In this document: in pieces, positions 26,901 through 39,400 of the stretch
How positions within the stretch are numbered: the stretch's first letter is position 1
Layout: every line of letters starts with the position of its first letter
Translations under genes and position numbers: made by a program
The notes under the pieces: model-generated
Told to the model about the DNA's origin: nothing
The model's database searches: none
The model's input: the letters and a program-made list of their open reading frames with translations, nothing else
From: Nageia nagi
Taxonomy: Eukaryota; Plantae; Pinophyta
Reading direction: 5' to 3'
NCBI GenBank assembly: GCA_050084985.1
Contig: JBITNC010000002.1
Coordinates: forward strand, 23,188,001 to 23,252,000
DNA length: 64,000 nt

Positions 26901-29900
26901 AGTGATGATACACCCTTGCTTGATGTACTCCAGATTTTGTGCATAGTCTTGGGCCGAATTGCTTTTGGAACTAGCCACGACATTTTAGCGAGTGTCGAGG
27001 ACCTTTCAAGGTGATGTGATGGCTCTTCTACAATCCTGTGATCTCCACGTCTCCCTCCTTGCCTTCTTGTTCCCTTGCGCAAGCCTTCCCAAGCAAGTAG
27101 GCTAATTTCAGACTCAAAATTCTGCAATTTTGGTGCAAATGTAGAAGAGGAGTGCGATTTGAATTTGGGAAAATGGGGTTCCCAAGTTGGTATTTATAGC
27201 CGATGTGGGCTTTCTTGAAACTCTAGTCAGCTAGGTTATGGAGAAAAATACATCCCAACCATCCAGGTGGTCGACCTTGAGATGTGTGCCATCATGAAAT
27301 TTCACTTGCAACCGACCAGGACCAAGTGTCGGGGGTTTAAGGTGTCTTCTAACCTAGCGCATGCCCAGAAAAGACAAGATTTTGTCTTTCTAGAGCATGC
27401 GCTAGCCTTGGGGGTGGATGTATTCCCCACGTTAGCCTTCCTTGCACTCTTGCTCATCCAACTCGACCCTGGAGATGTCTTGAGACTTGATCTTGCTTGA
27501 TGTTCACTTCCCTGGGGTCCAACTTGCTCATTTTTCTCAACCGACTCGACCCAAGATGCCCTCCAAGCCTGGCGCATGGTTTCAAAAGACAAAATTTTGT
27601 CTTTTTGAAACACCCTCCAACTTCTCTGACTTCCCCAGTTTGGGCACATGGTATAGAAAGTCATGATCTTGTCTTCTTAGGGCATGCGTTGGGTTGTAGA
27701 TGATTGGATTTATCTTGTTTTGGTCTCCTGCTCCCGAGACTTTGTCAAATGTCCAATCTTGCTCCGTCCTGGTGTCTCCCCAGGCTTGGCATATGCTCCC
27801 AAAAGTCATGAATCTGTCTTTTTGAGGCATGTGCTAGCCCCTTTGGTCATGCTGGAGCGGGATTTGGGCTTCGAGGCTTCATGCCTTAGCCAAATTTTCA
27901 CTTCGTCTCATCCTGGAAGCCTTCCTGGGCTAGGCGCATGTTCCCAAAAGACAAAATTGTGTCTTTTTGAGGCATGTGCCAACCCCTTGGGTGAGTGCAC
28001 TCTGTCCTTCCGGTCTCTTTCCGACCTTCATTTTGTTCGTGGGGTCTTCCTGAGCTTGGCGCATGCCCCAGAAAGACAGGATTTTGTCTTTTCATGGCAT
28101 GCGCTGGGTACAGAAGTGACCCAATTTGAGTTTTTGGACTTAACTTCGAAACTAGACGCCCTCCTAGCCCGAGTGCACATTTCTGGAGCATGCGCAAGGC
28201 CTGGGAGTGGCCTAGATCCGACTTGCTTGGTCTGTTTATGACTTGGACTTCCCAGTTCCTCCTAGGTTCAACTTAAATTCTCTAGACTTAGCCATTTTCA
28301 AGGGTTTAGGCTGTTCAATACGACACGACCAAGATTGGGCGAATGATTACACTTCGATACTAGGATGGTAGGCTTGATTTCGAGTTGCTTGAGGTGATGG
28401 GAGGTTGTCCTGATTGGATGCTCGGCGGGGGTGATTTGCAGAGGATGGGGCGAGTTGTGTAGGGCACAACACTCTCAAGGCAAATGTAGAGTCCATTCAT
28501 AATTTCATCATCGGCCTCAAAGTTTGATTTTTCATCAAAATAAAATTTTGGATTTAGATAAAGTGTAGCAGCATGTATTGGTTTGTGGAGTTGATCATCC
28601 CACCGTTGATCAATCCAATCCCAAAAAGGCTGATATCTAGCTGAAACATTTTTGTAGTACCGCTTGATGCTTTCTTTGGCCTTCTCCATGGTCTCATACA
28701 AGTAGCCCATTGGTGATTCTTCCTCACCCTCAACAATTTTCAAAACTCTCACCAAGGGCTCGGATATCTACAAAACAACATTGAAGAAAAACATGAGTTA
28801 GGGAAAATATAAAAATAAAATAAAAGAAGAATGTAGAAATTTCAATTTTTTTTTTGTGGAGTTGATTGCTAACCTAAATGATCTTAGATGCAGTTTTCCG
28901 GAAACCATCATCAAACACAATGTTTGCACACACATTTCCTTCTACACGTGTGCTCCACTCAGATTGGTTCCATTCATCTGAGATGAACATCCTCTTCACA
29001 CTCGCCTTTTTGGAATAAAGGCTTTGAAGGTTAAGGAAGTTTGTTGCAAATTGTGTGATTCTTGGTCTCATGATATCCCTTCCCTCGGTGTGTTCCCTTA
29101 GCAAAGCTAGCACCCAACTATGGTTGTAAATGAATTTGGCGAGCTTCTTAGCATTGGAAACACATTCCGTCACCCAGGATATTTTTCCAATATCCTCCAA
29201 AATCAGGTCAATACAATGGGTTGCACAAGGTTTTCAAAATAATGTAGGAAATCTCTCCTCCAAATCTCTCCCTGCTACATTATCTGTGATCACTTGGACC
29301 ACATTTTCTGGCCCAACCTCCAAGACCATTGACTCTAACAACTAAAAAAGAGTTCTTCTATTTTTTACTTTGTTAGTGGCATCCATAGATCTCAAAAAAA
29401 CTATGCCTCTTACTAATTGGACAAGAAAATTTATCAATGTTCTTCCCCTTTGATCTTCCCAACTGTCGAACAAAATTGTGCAACCCTTCTTCTTCCATAA
29501 CTTCTTTTGGTCATCCACTATGACCTCCACATCCTTAACTGCACTGTCCAAAAGTGACCCCCTCAAATCGTGTGCTATGGGGGGTTTATACCCTGCACCA
29601 ACAGCCGTCAATGCAATCACCATGGCAGCAAAAAATTGGTGAATCAACAACATTGAAAGGTATGTTGCAATAATAGAAGAAATTTGTAACATCTTTAGTC
29701 ACTTCCGCATGCATCTCCTTGTTCCATCCAATGGCATGTAGTGTTGGTTGGCTAGTAGGAACATTTTGAGGAACAAAGAATGATGCTATTGTGAAGACCC
29801 TTGTCCAGGTTCAGAATGACGAACTTTAGGCCCAACACTAGAAGTTGGTCCACCAGGAGTAGGAGGTTGGCTAGAAAATCCCTGAGCCTTAGCCTATTTA

Positions 29901-32900
29901 ATGGCGATCCTTTCTTCTTTCTTCTCAAAAAATGTCTCTAGGCTTGTATTCATTTGTTGCTTAACTTCAAGTGGCATTTTTGGGCAAATTTCAATATCCC
30001 TAGCGGGAATGCATGCCAAATGATATTTGACACGATTAATCCCAGTTTTCATAACTTTGCTGCAAAAATTGCATATCAAAGCTCCCTTTTCTTGTGTTAC
30101 ATACTTCCAGGCAATGTCTCTCTTTTGAGACATTTTTTTTAGTTTGTACCTATCATAATAATAATAAAAAAAGAATCTTAGCATTTAATTTGAAATATAA
30201 ATTTTAAGTTTCTTTAAGGCTTTGGATTTCTGATACACCAGATCAACATTTGTCGCAAGTGTAGAGCATACTCTCTGTGGCCTTCAAAAAACTTCAATTT
30301 TTTAAAAGGGTTTAAATTTTAAATGCTGAAGATTTTTGATACACTAGATCAACTCTTGTTGCAAGTGTAGAGCATACTCTCGCTGGCATTTAAATTTAAA
30401 ATAATTAGCCAGCTTCATATTTCTGATACACCAGGTCAACTTTTGTTGCAAGTGTAGAACATACTCTATTCACTGGACTAAGTGATTTTATAAAAAAAAA
30501 AACCAAAGTATCATTATACTTTCAAGTTGGAAGTTGAAAGAGCAAAATAGCTAATACATAAAAATAAATGGGTTGAGATTGGAAATTAAACCTTCAGCTG
30601 GTAGAAGTTTGGAGTGCGAACTTTCAACAAGCTGAGTATAAAATTTGTAGCAGGAGTATGAACCTTCAATTGATAGAAGTAGGCTATGGAAGTCTTACTC
30701 TCCCTTCAATGAGCTGGACCTTCAACACCACCTCCAAGCTTTCACTCTTCCTTCAATGAAGTCTCACTCTCCCTTCAATGAGCTGGACCTTCAACACCAC
30801 CTCCAAGCTTCCACCAATTTGACCAATAACACTAAAAAAATCAGTCACACTCACTTGGAATGAAGAATCTAAGCTCTCTTCAAAGTTTGGAATGATGAAA
30901 GTGGGGACCCCATGCTCCTTTTTATAACAAATCACCAAATTTAGGCGAATTTTAATTTTTTTTGGAGTCCATCGCATTTTTCCTCCTCCCACCGTTTTTT
31001 TTGTCAAGATCCACAATTTTGGGCGATTAATCGCCACCCGTGATTAGTCGCGATTTTTTTGAAAATTCGCATCTGATCCAAATATGCGGTTATGTGATTT
31101 TTCGGCAATTATTCAGCTGTTCCTCATCTGGCATTTATTCAGCGATTAGTCATGATTATTCGTACTTTTTAAAACACAGTCATAAACCATTAGAATCTTT
31201 TTAGATACGTTCCAAAATTCCTTTCCTAAGATAAATTTTTCATTTGTTTTTTGAATGCCTTTTCTTAGAAAGCTTGGATTGAGCCCATCATTCACCACTT
31301 AAAGTTGTTACCTCCTTTATTGCCTTTTGTAAGGTAATGAAGTTTGAAGCAAATCTAGTCTTAGGAAGGAAGAGAAGTTCACATGTTGAAAATGAGCAAT
31401 GCAAGTTCAGTAAGGAAGAGAAGTTCACACTTTTTTCAAATGAGTGAACTTATGATAGTAGAAACATGAGTGCATATTTGGAAAGAATTTCTTTTCTAAC
31501 TGCCTTCCATCATATCAAAGTTTGTAGCAGAAACACTCTGAATTCTGCCAAACACGTGCTTACCTATTTCAACTTAGAAACATTCATTTTGCTACAAGAA
31601 AGGGGGCGATTTCCCAAAAAATAATTTGTTAGGCATCTAAATACTTAGTGATTCAACAAATTTCAAAGAAGGTAAGCTATTCAAAACAATAGCTACCTAG
31701 TTTTCATCAACAACCGTTTTTTGTAAGGCAAGGAATGGATTTTTAACTATGGGGAGGTGTTTAGAGAATGAACCTCCCTCATGCAATTTCACTGCAAACA
31801 AGCTATTTTTAAGGACAATACTTTGATTTCCTCCAGTGTCTAGTACTTGTATTGGAGATTTTGTCAAACTCAGTTTGCCAGTTGCATGGCCTAACATTTG
31901 AATTCTTTCCCAGTAATGATAGCCCCCAAATTCATGGTATTTGCAGATGATTAGGATTTTATTCTTCAACATGCTATGTTTTTAACCCCTCAAGTTTTGT
32001 GAATGTGGCAGAATGAGATTCTGTATATTAGTAATGTTATTAAACAGCAAAGAATCTTCAGTAAAAGACCTCAGTTGTGAAAATTCAGAAAATTTGAAAG
32101 GTTGTGCTAGACTTCCTTGCAAAACACAGTTTATAGAAACATAAATTTTGAAACAGGATTACAGCAAAATTGGTAGAGTTCTTTAGTACATGTTTTCAAG
32201 TATAAGATATTTGTAGCACAGAGCCAAGAGTAGCAGCATTCCTTTGAAATTTGCTTGAAATGACAGAAGTTCCTAGGGCCTTCTTAGTTTATCGGCCTTC
32301 TATATGAAACATAGTAACATACCAAAATAAAAGGAAAATTGATCTCCATGCAACCGATTTCAAACACTTCTGTTTCTTATGTCCATGTCTATCTCCTGCC
32401 TTTCATCTTTAGAGAACAACAGACTCTTGCGAATACTGTCTTTGATTCTACAGAACAAGGACATGATAGTTGGATCTGTGCAATTTACTTGGTTCTTCTT
32501 TGGAATTCTCTTTCTTACTAAATGCTTGAACAACTTGACTACAATTACTGCAATTCGATCTTCTTCCTGTTCTGATACCACTGATACTTTGGAGGGAATC
32601 TAGATGCAAAGTGTTTGTATTAGTTCAAAATATATATATCTTTAAACTGATAAGTTTTCAACTGCTTAACAATCCTAACAACAAAACTAACATATAACTG
32701 CTTAATTCCATAATCACCCTAACCACATATTTGTGGGTCATCACATTATTCAATAAAAGTTATCTTATGGTGAACTTCACTGCAATGATTTATATGATTA
32801 ATCTGTAGAGTTCATACATGTCAACATTGAATCTATGTGTTTTTGCTTTCAAATTTAAATTCACTGGCTCACTGGCTTTCATATTTCAAAAGTTACATCC

Positions 32901-33447
32901 TATCTGCAATCCAATGATATGGAGACAAATAATGGTCTAAAAGTTTAAATCTTTCTAATATTTTTTTGATGCATGTTTCATAAAATTAAGGAAGCTAGAA
33001 ATCATGAACCTGACTGTCTACATTCTGTAGTTGGGTGCAGCATATGTTGACCGAGTGGACTTCAGTGACCATCACAGCTTTCAAGATAAGGTGACATGTG
33101 GGACATTTTGATGCAACCTTCCTTTGGTTCATCTCATTACCTATTTTAAGAGTTCCCTTTTGTCCTTACGGTGTGACAAGGCCTTACAGTAAGCTTTTTT
33201 ACTGAACAATAATTGATATTCTTATGACAATAATGAAGAAGAACCATTTTCATTCTTGACAAGGTTTCTTCTACTGTGTGATTGCTTACTTTGCCAATTT
33301 TGGAAAACTAAATTAGATTGGTCATATAAGGAATGACTTTCAGATGTAAGATCAAATTCCCCTTCCGGGAATTAGTATAGGTTGTTGGTAGAATGAAACC
33401 TAGATAAAACCTTTTTTATGCCAGAAACTAAATAGTTAATGTCTGGC

Positions 33448-33498
<51 letters not shown>

Positions 33499-36400
33499 CA
33501 ATAGTCTTTCCAGGGCACCCTTTCTCAATGGAATCAATCATGTCCTTTGTTTGCTTTCTGAAGTTGTGAGATTAAGAGATGGCAGTTCAAAACAAGAGCC
33601 TTTTCAGTGCAACCCAGGCCCAACAAAATCTCTAACGGTTTCCTTTGTTTACCGTGGGCCAAGAGGTTGCAGTGCTTCTGTGGGTTATGCTATGTCAGCA
33701 TCAATTATGATAGATACAGGGCACTGTCAGCATCAAGTATGATAGATACATTGTATTGTCAGCATTAAGCATCACAAAGTCATGCATTTCTGCTCAAGTG
33801 CCAATGTTCCACGTTGTGCCTTCTCATACATGTTTTATTGCCTATCCCACGACTAACATTCCTATAGGATCCTCCATTCATCTCTGACCTTGGCGTCCAA
33901 TTTTTGAGTTGGCATCTGACGGTGAGGATCCTATTCTACGTCAGACTATTTATTAAGGGTTTTTATTTACAAATTAATTTGTTTTTGAATTTGCAATACC
34001 ATGGGACTTTCTACATGTCTCTCAAGGCATCCAAAGGTCACAAACATATTCTACATAATGGGAATTACTCTTTCTTCGCTTAAACTGAGAGGAAGAAGTC
34101 CAACCACCACCACACTGATATCACTATCTTTATTCATAGCTAAACATATTGGTACAGATATAGAGTGCTGCACATCTCTATTTATTGAGATTTACTGGCA
34201 TACATCTCTTCATGAAGCTGCTGCTTTTACAAACACCTGCATCAATATAATTTACTGATTTGAATTAATTCAGTTTGTTATATGTATGCTTTAATTCTGA
34301 GTTATAGGAATGAAATTCTGAGTTTGTCCTTATCTAAGTGACCTGAAGTTTCTGGCATGAGGATGTTGGGAGACAGCGGGACTAGTTTGTAGGAAAACAC
34401 AGTTTGGCTTAAATGTTTGTGGATGGTAGGGGATGTCAACTTCAATTTTATAACAAAATGTAACTTTTGTAAATTGAACTTTATGAAACATGTTTAAAGT
34501 TCTAGGAATTTGCAATAATGCGGCTTTGAAAGAAGAAATATCTTCCAGATAAATAATGTCAAAACATACACTTTAAAGAGAATTACCATGAAAAATTAAT
34601 GAAGGTGTTTTGATTTATCACTTTGGAATATTTAGAATGTTGAATAATTATTGGCTTGTATGCCTAATTGGACAAATTTTGCTATTTTACAAGGCATGCA
34701 AACACTAACATCCTTAACAATTTGAAGAATGATCTCAAGTTGATATATTACTCAAGCCATTTTTAATCATAAATAAATCTCATTTGATATACAATCTAAA
34801 GCTTCTTCTTTATCAATATTTTTGGAACCAGAAAAACCTAAACTGTATCACCAGGGTCAGGATATTTTGAAATCAGAAAAAGCTAAGTTGTATCACTAGG
34901 CTCAGGATATTTTGAAATCAGAAAAAGCTAAGTTGTATCAGTAGGCTCAGGTGCAAGAAGAGACACAACAGTAACTAAAAGGTGAGTTTGATGAAGAAGA
35001 CTTTAACACGAAATTTAGAATCCCGAGCTGAAGAATTCTTCAAAAGGGTGAAGAAACTAGTATTATGTCGATAGACTTCCTTTCCCTCGACAACCTGATG
35101 AAAAGAGCGAGTGAAGGGTAGTGGCTATCGCTCACTGCACTCCCTACCTATCTGGTTCTGGAACTCACATCTATCTTCTTTCATCTTTCTAGAGACCTGT
35201 GAGTTGGCTAATGAGGAAGCTGACCCTATCTCTCTTACAAATATGAGTACACTGACAAGTATTCTGACTTTAAAGACAATGCCTGTTAGGATTATGGCCA
35301 TCATGTTGATAAATGTCAACGGATGCTGATTGTTTAACACCACTAATGCTCACTATGGAATGACAATAGAATATAAAAACCACTTAATTATAAGGGGTCT
35401 CTGAAGTGGTGTGGTGTTTGAAAGTAACCACTTTTTGGAGGACCAAAGCAAGAAATGTTTGGATGGATTATCGTCTGTACATAAATGGAAATCTTTTTAT
35501 TTCAACTTCATAAATGATGAAATCAGGTTGATTGGATTTGAAATTACAACTTACAATAACAAGTATTGAGGCAGAAGCAACCAAAATGAGAGTATTCAAA
35601 AGTGAAGTGGGTGCTTAAAATTGCTAGAAGATAAGATTTAAATGAGGATCCTGGAAATGTTCCTAATTAAAGATAGAAAGGTAAAGATAAAACTCATCCT
35701 AAGTTCACAGCCTAGCCCAGCATGCAATTAGGCTATACGAGTATGAGAAACCCTAGCAAGTTGAAATTTAACCTGTATGGTTTCCATTGTTGGATCGATT
35801 CTGTAGGAAAACAACTACAAGATGTTTTTTTAGCCATCAAGCCTGAGATATAGGCCTACCTAGGAAAGTAGTTCTCTTTACTTACTAAAAATAATAATTA
35901 GATGTCAGTAAGTGTTGTGAACATTTAGGAAGGGTAATGGAAAGTTGGAGTTCATTGATAGTTGTAGTGAAAAATTCAAATGGGTTATTTCTTAGTTGCA
36001 TGGAGACAGATTTGGTATCAAATATAGAGTATTCAATACTAAGTTACTAACATGACATATTGTCCATACCCCTTGATATGTATACATCTGTATATGACAA
36101 CATATTAGAGAAAAAACAGGAACATGACAAATATTTTCATAAGCTGGAAATAAAGCATCTCATTAATTAAGAGCAGTCATATATGTTTTATAAGGATTTT
36201 CTATTATTGTTTAATACTTTACTCCATTTTCTATTGATAAGACAACTCTCGTTTCTGAAAATTTTCTAAATTTTTGTTGATGATACGGCTCCGAACATAC
36301 TTGATATTTCCTTAGTACCATATGCATATGGTACTATAGTGAGACAATATCCGTGAAATATCATGTCTGTATTGGAGACATGAATACAAGCATCCAAACA

Positions 36401-39400
36401 AGAGGATGTAGTAGTCGATAACTATGCTTATTATTGCTTAAAGCAGTTTGCATTTCTTTGCAGTTATTGCTACTTATTCTATCCATTCTTTCGAGAATAG
36501 ATATTCCATTGCTTTTTGTTCTATTCAAATGCTAATGTAAAATTTAATTAGTTACTTTGTATTAACACATGTAAAAGGTTATTCCACTTAATTTGGCCAT
36601 TTATGTCACATGTAATATAAATCAAGACCATGCAAAGAGGGAAAAAATAGCCAACTGGAAATTATTTTTGAAATTTTTTAGCCAACTTGGAACACCCATG
36701 CAAAGCATCTTTTTAAAGGAAAGATAAGTACAGTTTTGGTGGAGTTAACTCACCATGCATTCTGCATGATTTAGGTGCCTAACTTACCCATGATTTTAGC
36801 ACATGGTTTTTGAAACCATAGTTGCAAAACTCGGCCCGAGTCTCTAATCCAGGTCCAAGTCAGCTCTACTGAGCTGCTCTGGCTTTACTCACAATTTTTT
36901 GAGTCTTAGGCCAATTTTTTTTACTTGGCTTGGACTCTGGACATTTTGAAAAACTTGCGACTCTTGATTAAATAAATCACTTGTCCTAGAAAAAGTAAAT
37001 TAAAAGGTTGAGACCAAGTGCTATTACACCGAAACAACACAAATTTGTATCTTAAAATAGCTGAGAGACGAGAGACCAAATTGCATATAAAGTTGATTTC
37101 CAATATTTGTTTTATCTCAGCTATTTAGCTGAGAGAGGAGAGACCAAATAACTGAGAGAGAAGAGATCAAGTGCTACCACACCAAAACCAACACAAATTT
37201 GTATCTAAAAATTGGATTTTTGGAGGTTTGAAAGAATCTAACAAGCATCCAATGATGATTCTATATTAAGAAAAACTGTTTTCAAGTTTCAACTGTCATA
37301 TTTTTTTCTCTCTTTTTCAATTTCATTTAAACATTTTTTTTTTCAAATCTTAAGATTTAAAGTCATTGCAGATTTGCCAGATTGCAACAGCCAACCATTG
37401 CATTTCTTTTTCATCTGTCAATGTTTAAGGTTTAAACTAGGATTTCAACTGTATTTTTCTTTTTTAAGATTCAAATTCATTGCAAAATGTAACAGCCATC
37501 CAATTGCTACATTTGTTTTTCCACCTATCAATGTTTAAAGTTTCAACTAGGGTTTCAAGAATTTTTTTTTTCTTTTTTAAGATTCGAATTCATTGGAAAT
37601 TTGCAACAACCATCCTTTTGCAATTTTTTTTCACCTGTTTGTTTATATTTTAAACTATGGCTTCAATCCTATTACTTTTTTTTTTAATTTTCTTAAGTTC
37701 TAAGTTGTTTGTTCATTGTTTTCATGTGCAACCAAAGTGATAGGGAGAAAAGATCTAGCATGGAAATATGAAAAGGGGATAAAAAAGGGGAGGTTTGCTA
37801 CAAGGTTTGTCGAGAAATTGTTTTTGGAGGCATAAACTGCCTCAAATATCACTTTGGCAAAGAAAAAAGGGGATGATTTTAGGCTATTCTCAATGGTGCA
37901 ATTGATGTTGAGGGAGAATGCAATGCCATTCTTTTAAACCACTATAAGAAGGAGGAACTCAAATGAAAAAAGAAGTGAGGCCATGGGGACGTCCCCTTCT
38001 CGACTTCATGTAGAAGGTACGTATAGCACCTAAAGTTAGTGTTTTCAGTAGTGACTCCAATCCATTGATTGCACACTTAGGGAGTGGGAGAAAAGAGTCT
38101 TTTTTTGCATAGTGTTTCACGCCAAGGTCCCAACCCATGCTGAAGGGTATGATTGTGTGGAACGAGGAGAGGCATTGGGTAGTGGGGGAGACCATTGCAA
38201 GTTTTTGGTAGTTTTTCAACCTTCCTTTCAATGTGGCAAGGTCTCCATATTGGTGGGGAATGATAGATACCCTTACAGTTTGTGGTGCATTTAATTTGCC
38301 AGTTTTGATGATGTTAGAGCCCTCTCATTCATGAATTTGTGGATGATATTCAGGTTTTGCTTGATGACCAACATGAGGGGTTGCACTATCATGTTTGATG
38401 GGTGCACCAATGGGAAGAAGCAAACACCAAGTAGTTTTTTGGTTGCTTCTTTGGAAATAATTGTATAAATGAAGTTAGTGGATGCATTGACATGAGTTAA
38501 GAGTGCCAATTACACAATTGTTGGGGGAGGTTGTGTTAGAGGTGGGAGAAGAGAACATTGTTCAAGTCATCATGGAAAACACGACAACATATGTAGCAAC
38601 TGGCAAGATGTTGGAGGAGAAATTTCCCACCCTTTTTGGACACCATGTGTAGCCCATTGTGTCAATTTCTATTGAAGACATTGGGAAATTACCTTGGGTG
38701 TTGGAGGTTGTGTAGATGGTCAAAACTATCGTGAAATATATTTACAACCATACATGGGTCGTTTAACTAATGAGATAGTTTACTAATGGGAGGAAGCTAG
38801 TGTAGGCTAAAGTTACATGCTTGGCCACAAACTTTGTGACATTGCAGAGCCTCTTTGATGCAAGGGGGACATTGAAGAAAGAAAGAAAGTGTTGAACTTC
38901 GTGTGAGACTGAGAGGGGGCAGTGAATCAGTGTGTCTAAAAACTAAACTCAGATTTTTTAACTTCTGAAATAAAAAATGATGCAAAACTGAAATCAAACA
39001 AGCAAGCACAACAATATGGCAACACACGACACACGATGTAACCAGGTTCAACAGTTTGGCTACATCCCCGAAAATGACTGCTGAGACTCCAATCCAAATG
39101 CAACCATAAAATAACTTGATCTTACAATTTTTCACAGCACCAAGTATGAGGGGTAGCGTTGACTACCTCTTGATTCTACAACACCTACTACATAAAAACT
39201 GACTCTGGTTGCCAAGCTTCAACTTGGACTTTTGACAAGAAGGATGATTATTTTGTCACACAAGTGCCTTCGCTGTCAAAAGACCCTGTTTGGTCTAGCT
39301 CATTGAATCCACACTGTTGTCATCTCACACTGATCTCGTCTGCATTGAATTCCAAACCACTGATCTCTCTGTTCTCGCACTTTGCACGTTGATGGTCTTT

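Larger units (their letters stand above)
22725..28471 (-). mobile_element. 5747-bp TG..CA integrase-type insertion, best read as a giant solo LTR (probably Ty3/Gypsy non-chromovirus) carrying an internal ORF
   Basis: Termini TGTTG...CAACA; 5-bp TSD CTCTT (22720-22724) / CTCTC (28472-28476); removing it restores the hAT frame; I see no terminal direct repeats, gag, RT or integrase. Confidence 0.8.
21601..31179 (-). mobile_element. hAT DNA transposon (BED finger / DUF659 / hATC dimerisation type), inactive, interrupted by the 5.7-kb unit
   Basis: Flanked by TCATAAA at 21594-21600 and 31180-31186; CG-rich subterminal motifs at both ends; transposase reads from ATG 30133 down to 21999. Confidence 0.88.
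20890..31365 (-). mobile_element. Old hAT transposase remnant (outer element), in two pieces at about 20890-21600 and 31180-31365
   Basis: Joining the pieces restores EFWNVSKKILMV|YEGLVQILRMVDDDKPCMGFVYEDMDRAK; also TRFASNFITLQ and decayed W.QNYG..TPKLQKF..NQCSSAS motifs. Confidence 0.8.

Noticed and set aside
27354-28107. CRISPR array
   Set aside because: Repeat-spacer look only: repeats are 52 bp and degenerate, spacers vary from 20 to 163 bp, there are no cas genes, and the context is a plant retroelement.
27267-28241. ORFs of 68-185 aa over the palindrome array
   Set aside because: Open on both strands because the region is GC-richer and palindromic; no protein-like features.
36313-36336. 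Perfect 24-bp palindrome TAGTACCATATGCATATGGTACTA
   Set aside because: Isolated and short, in decayed repeat-like DNA; nothing supports a function.
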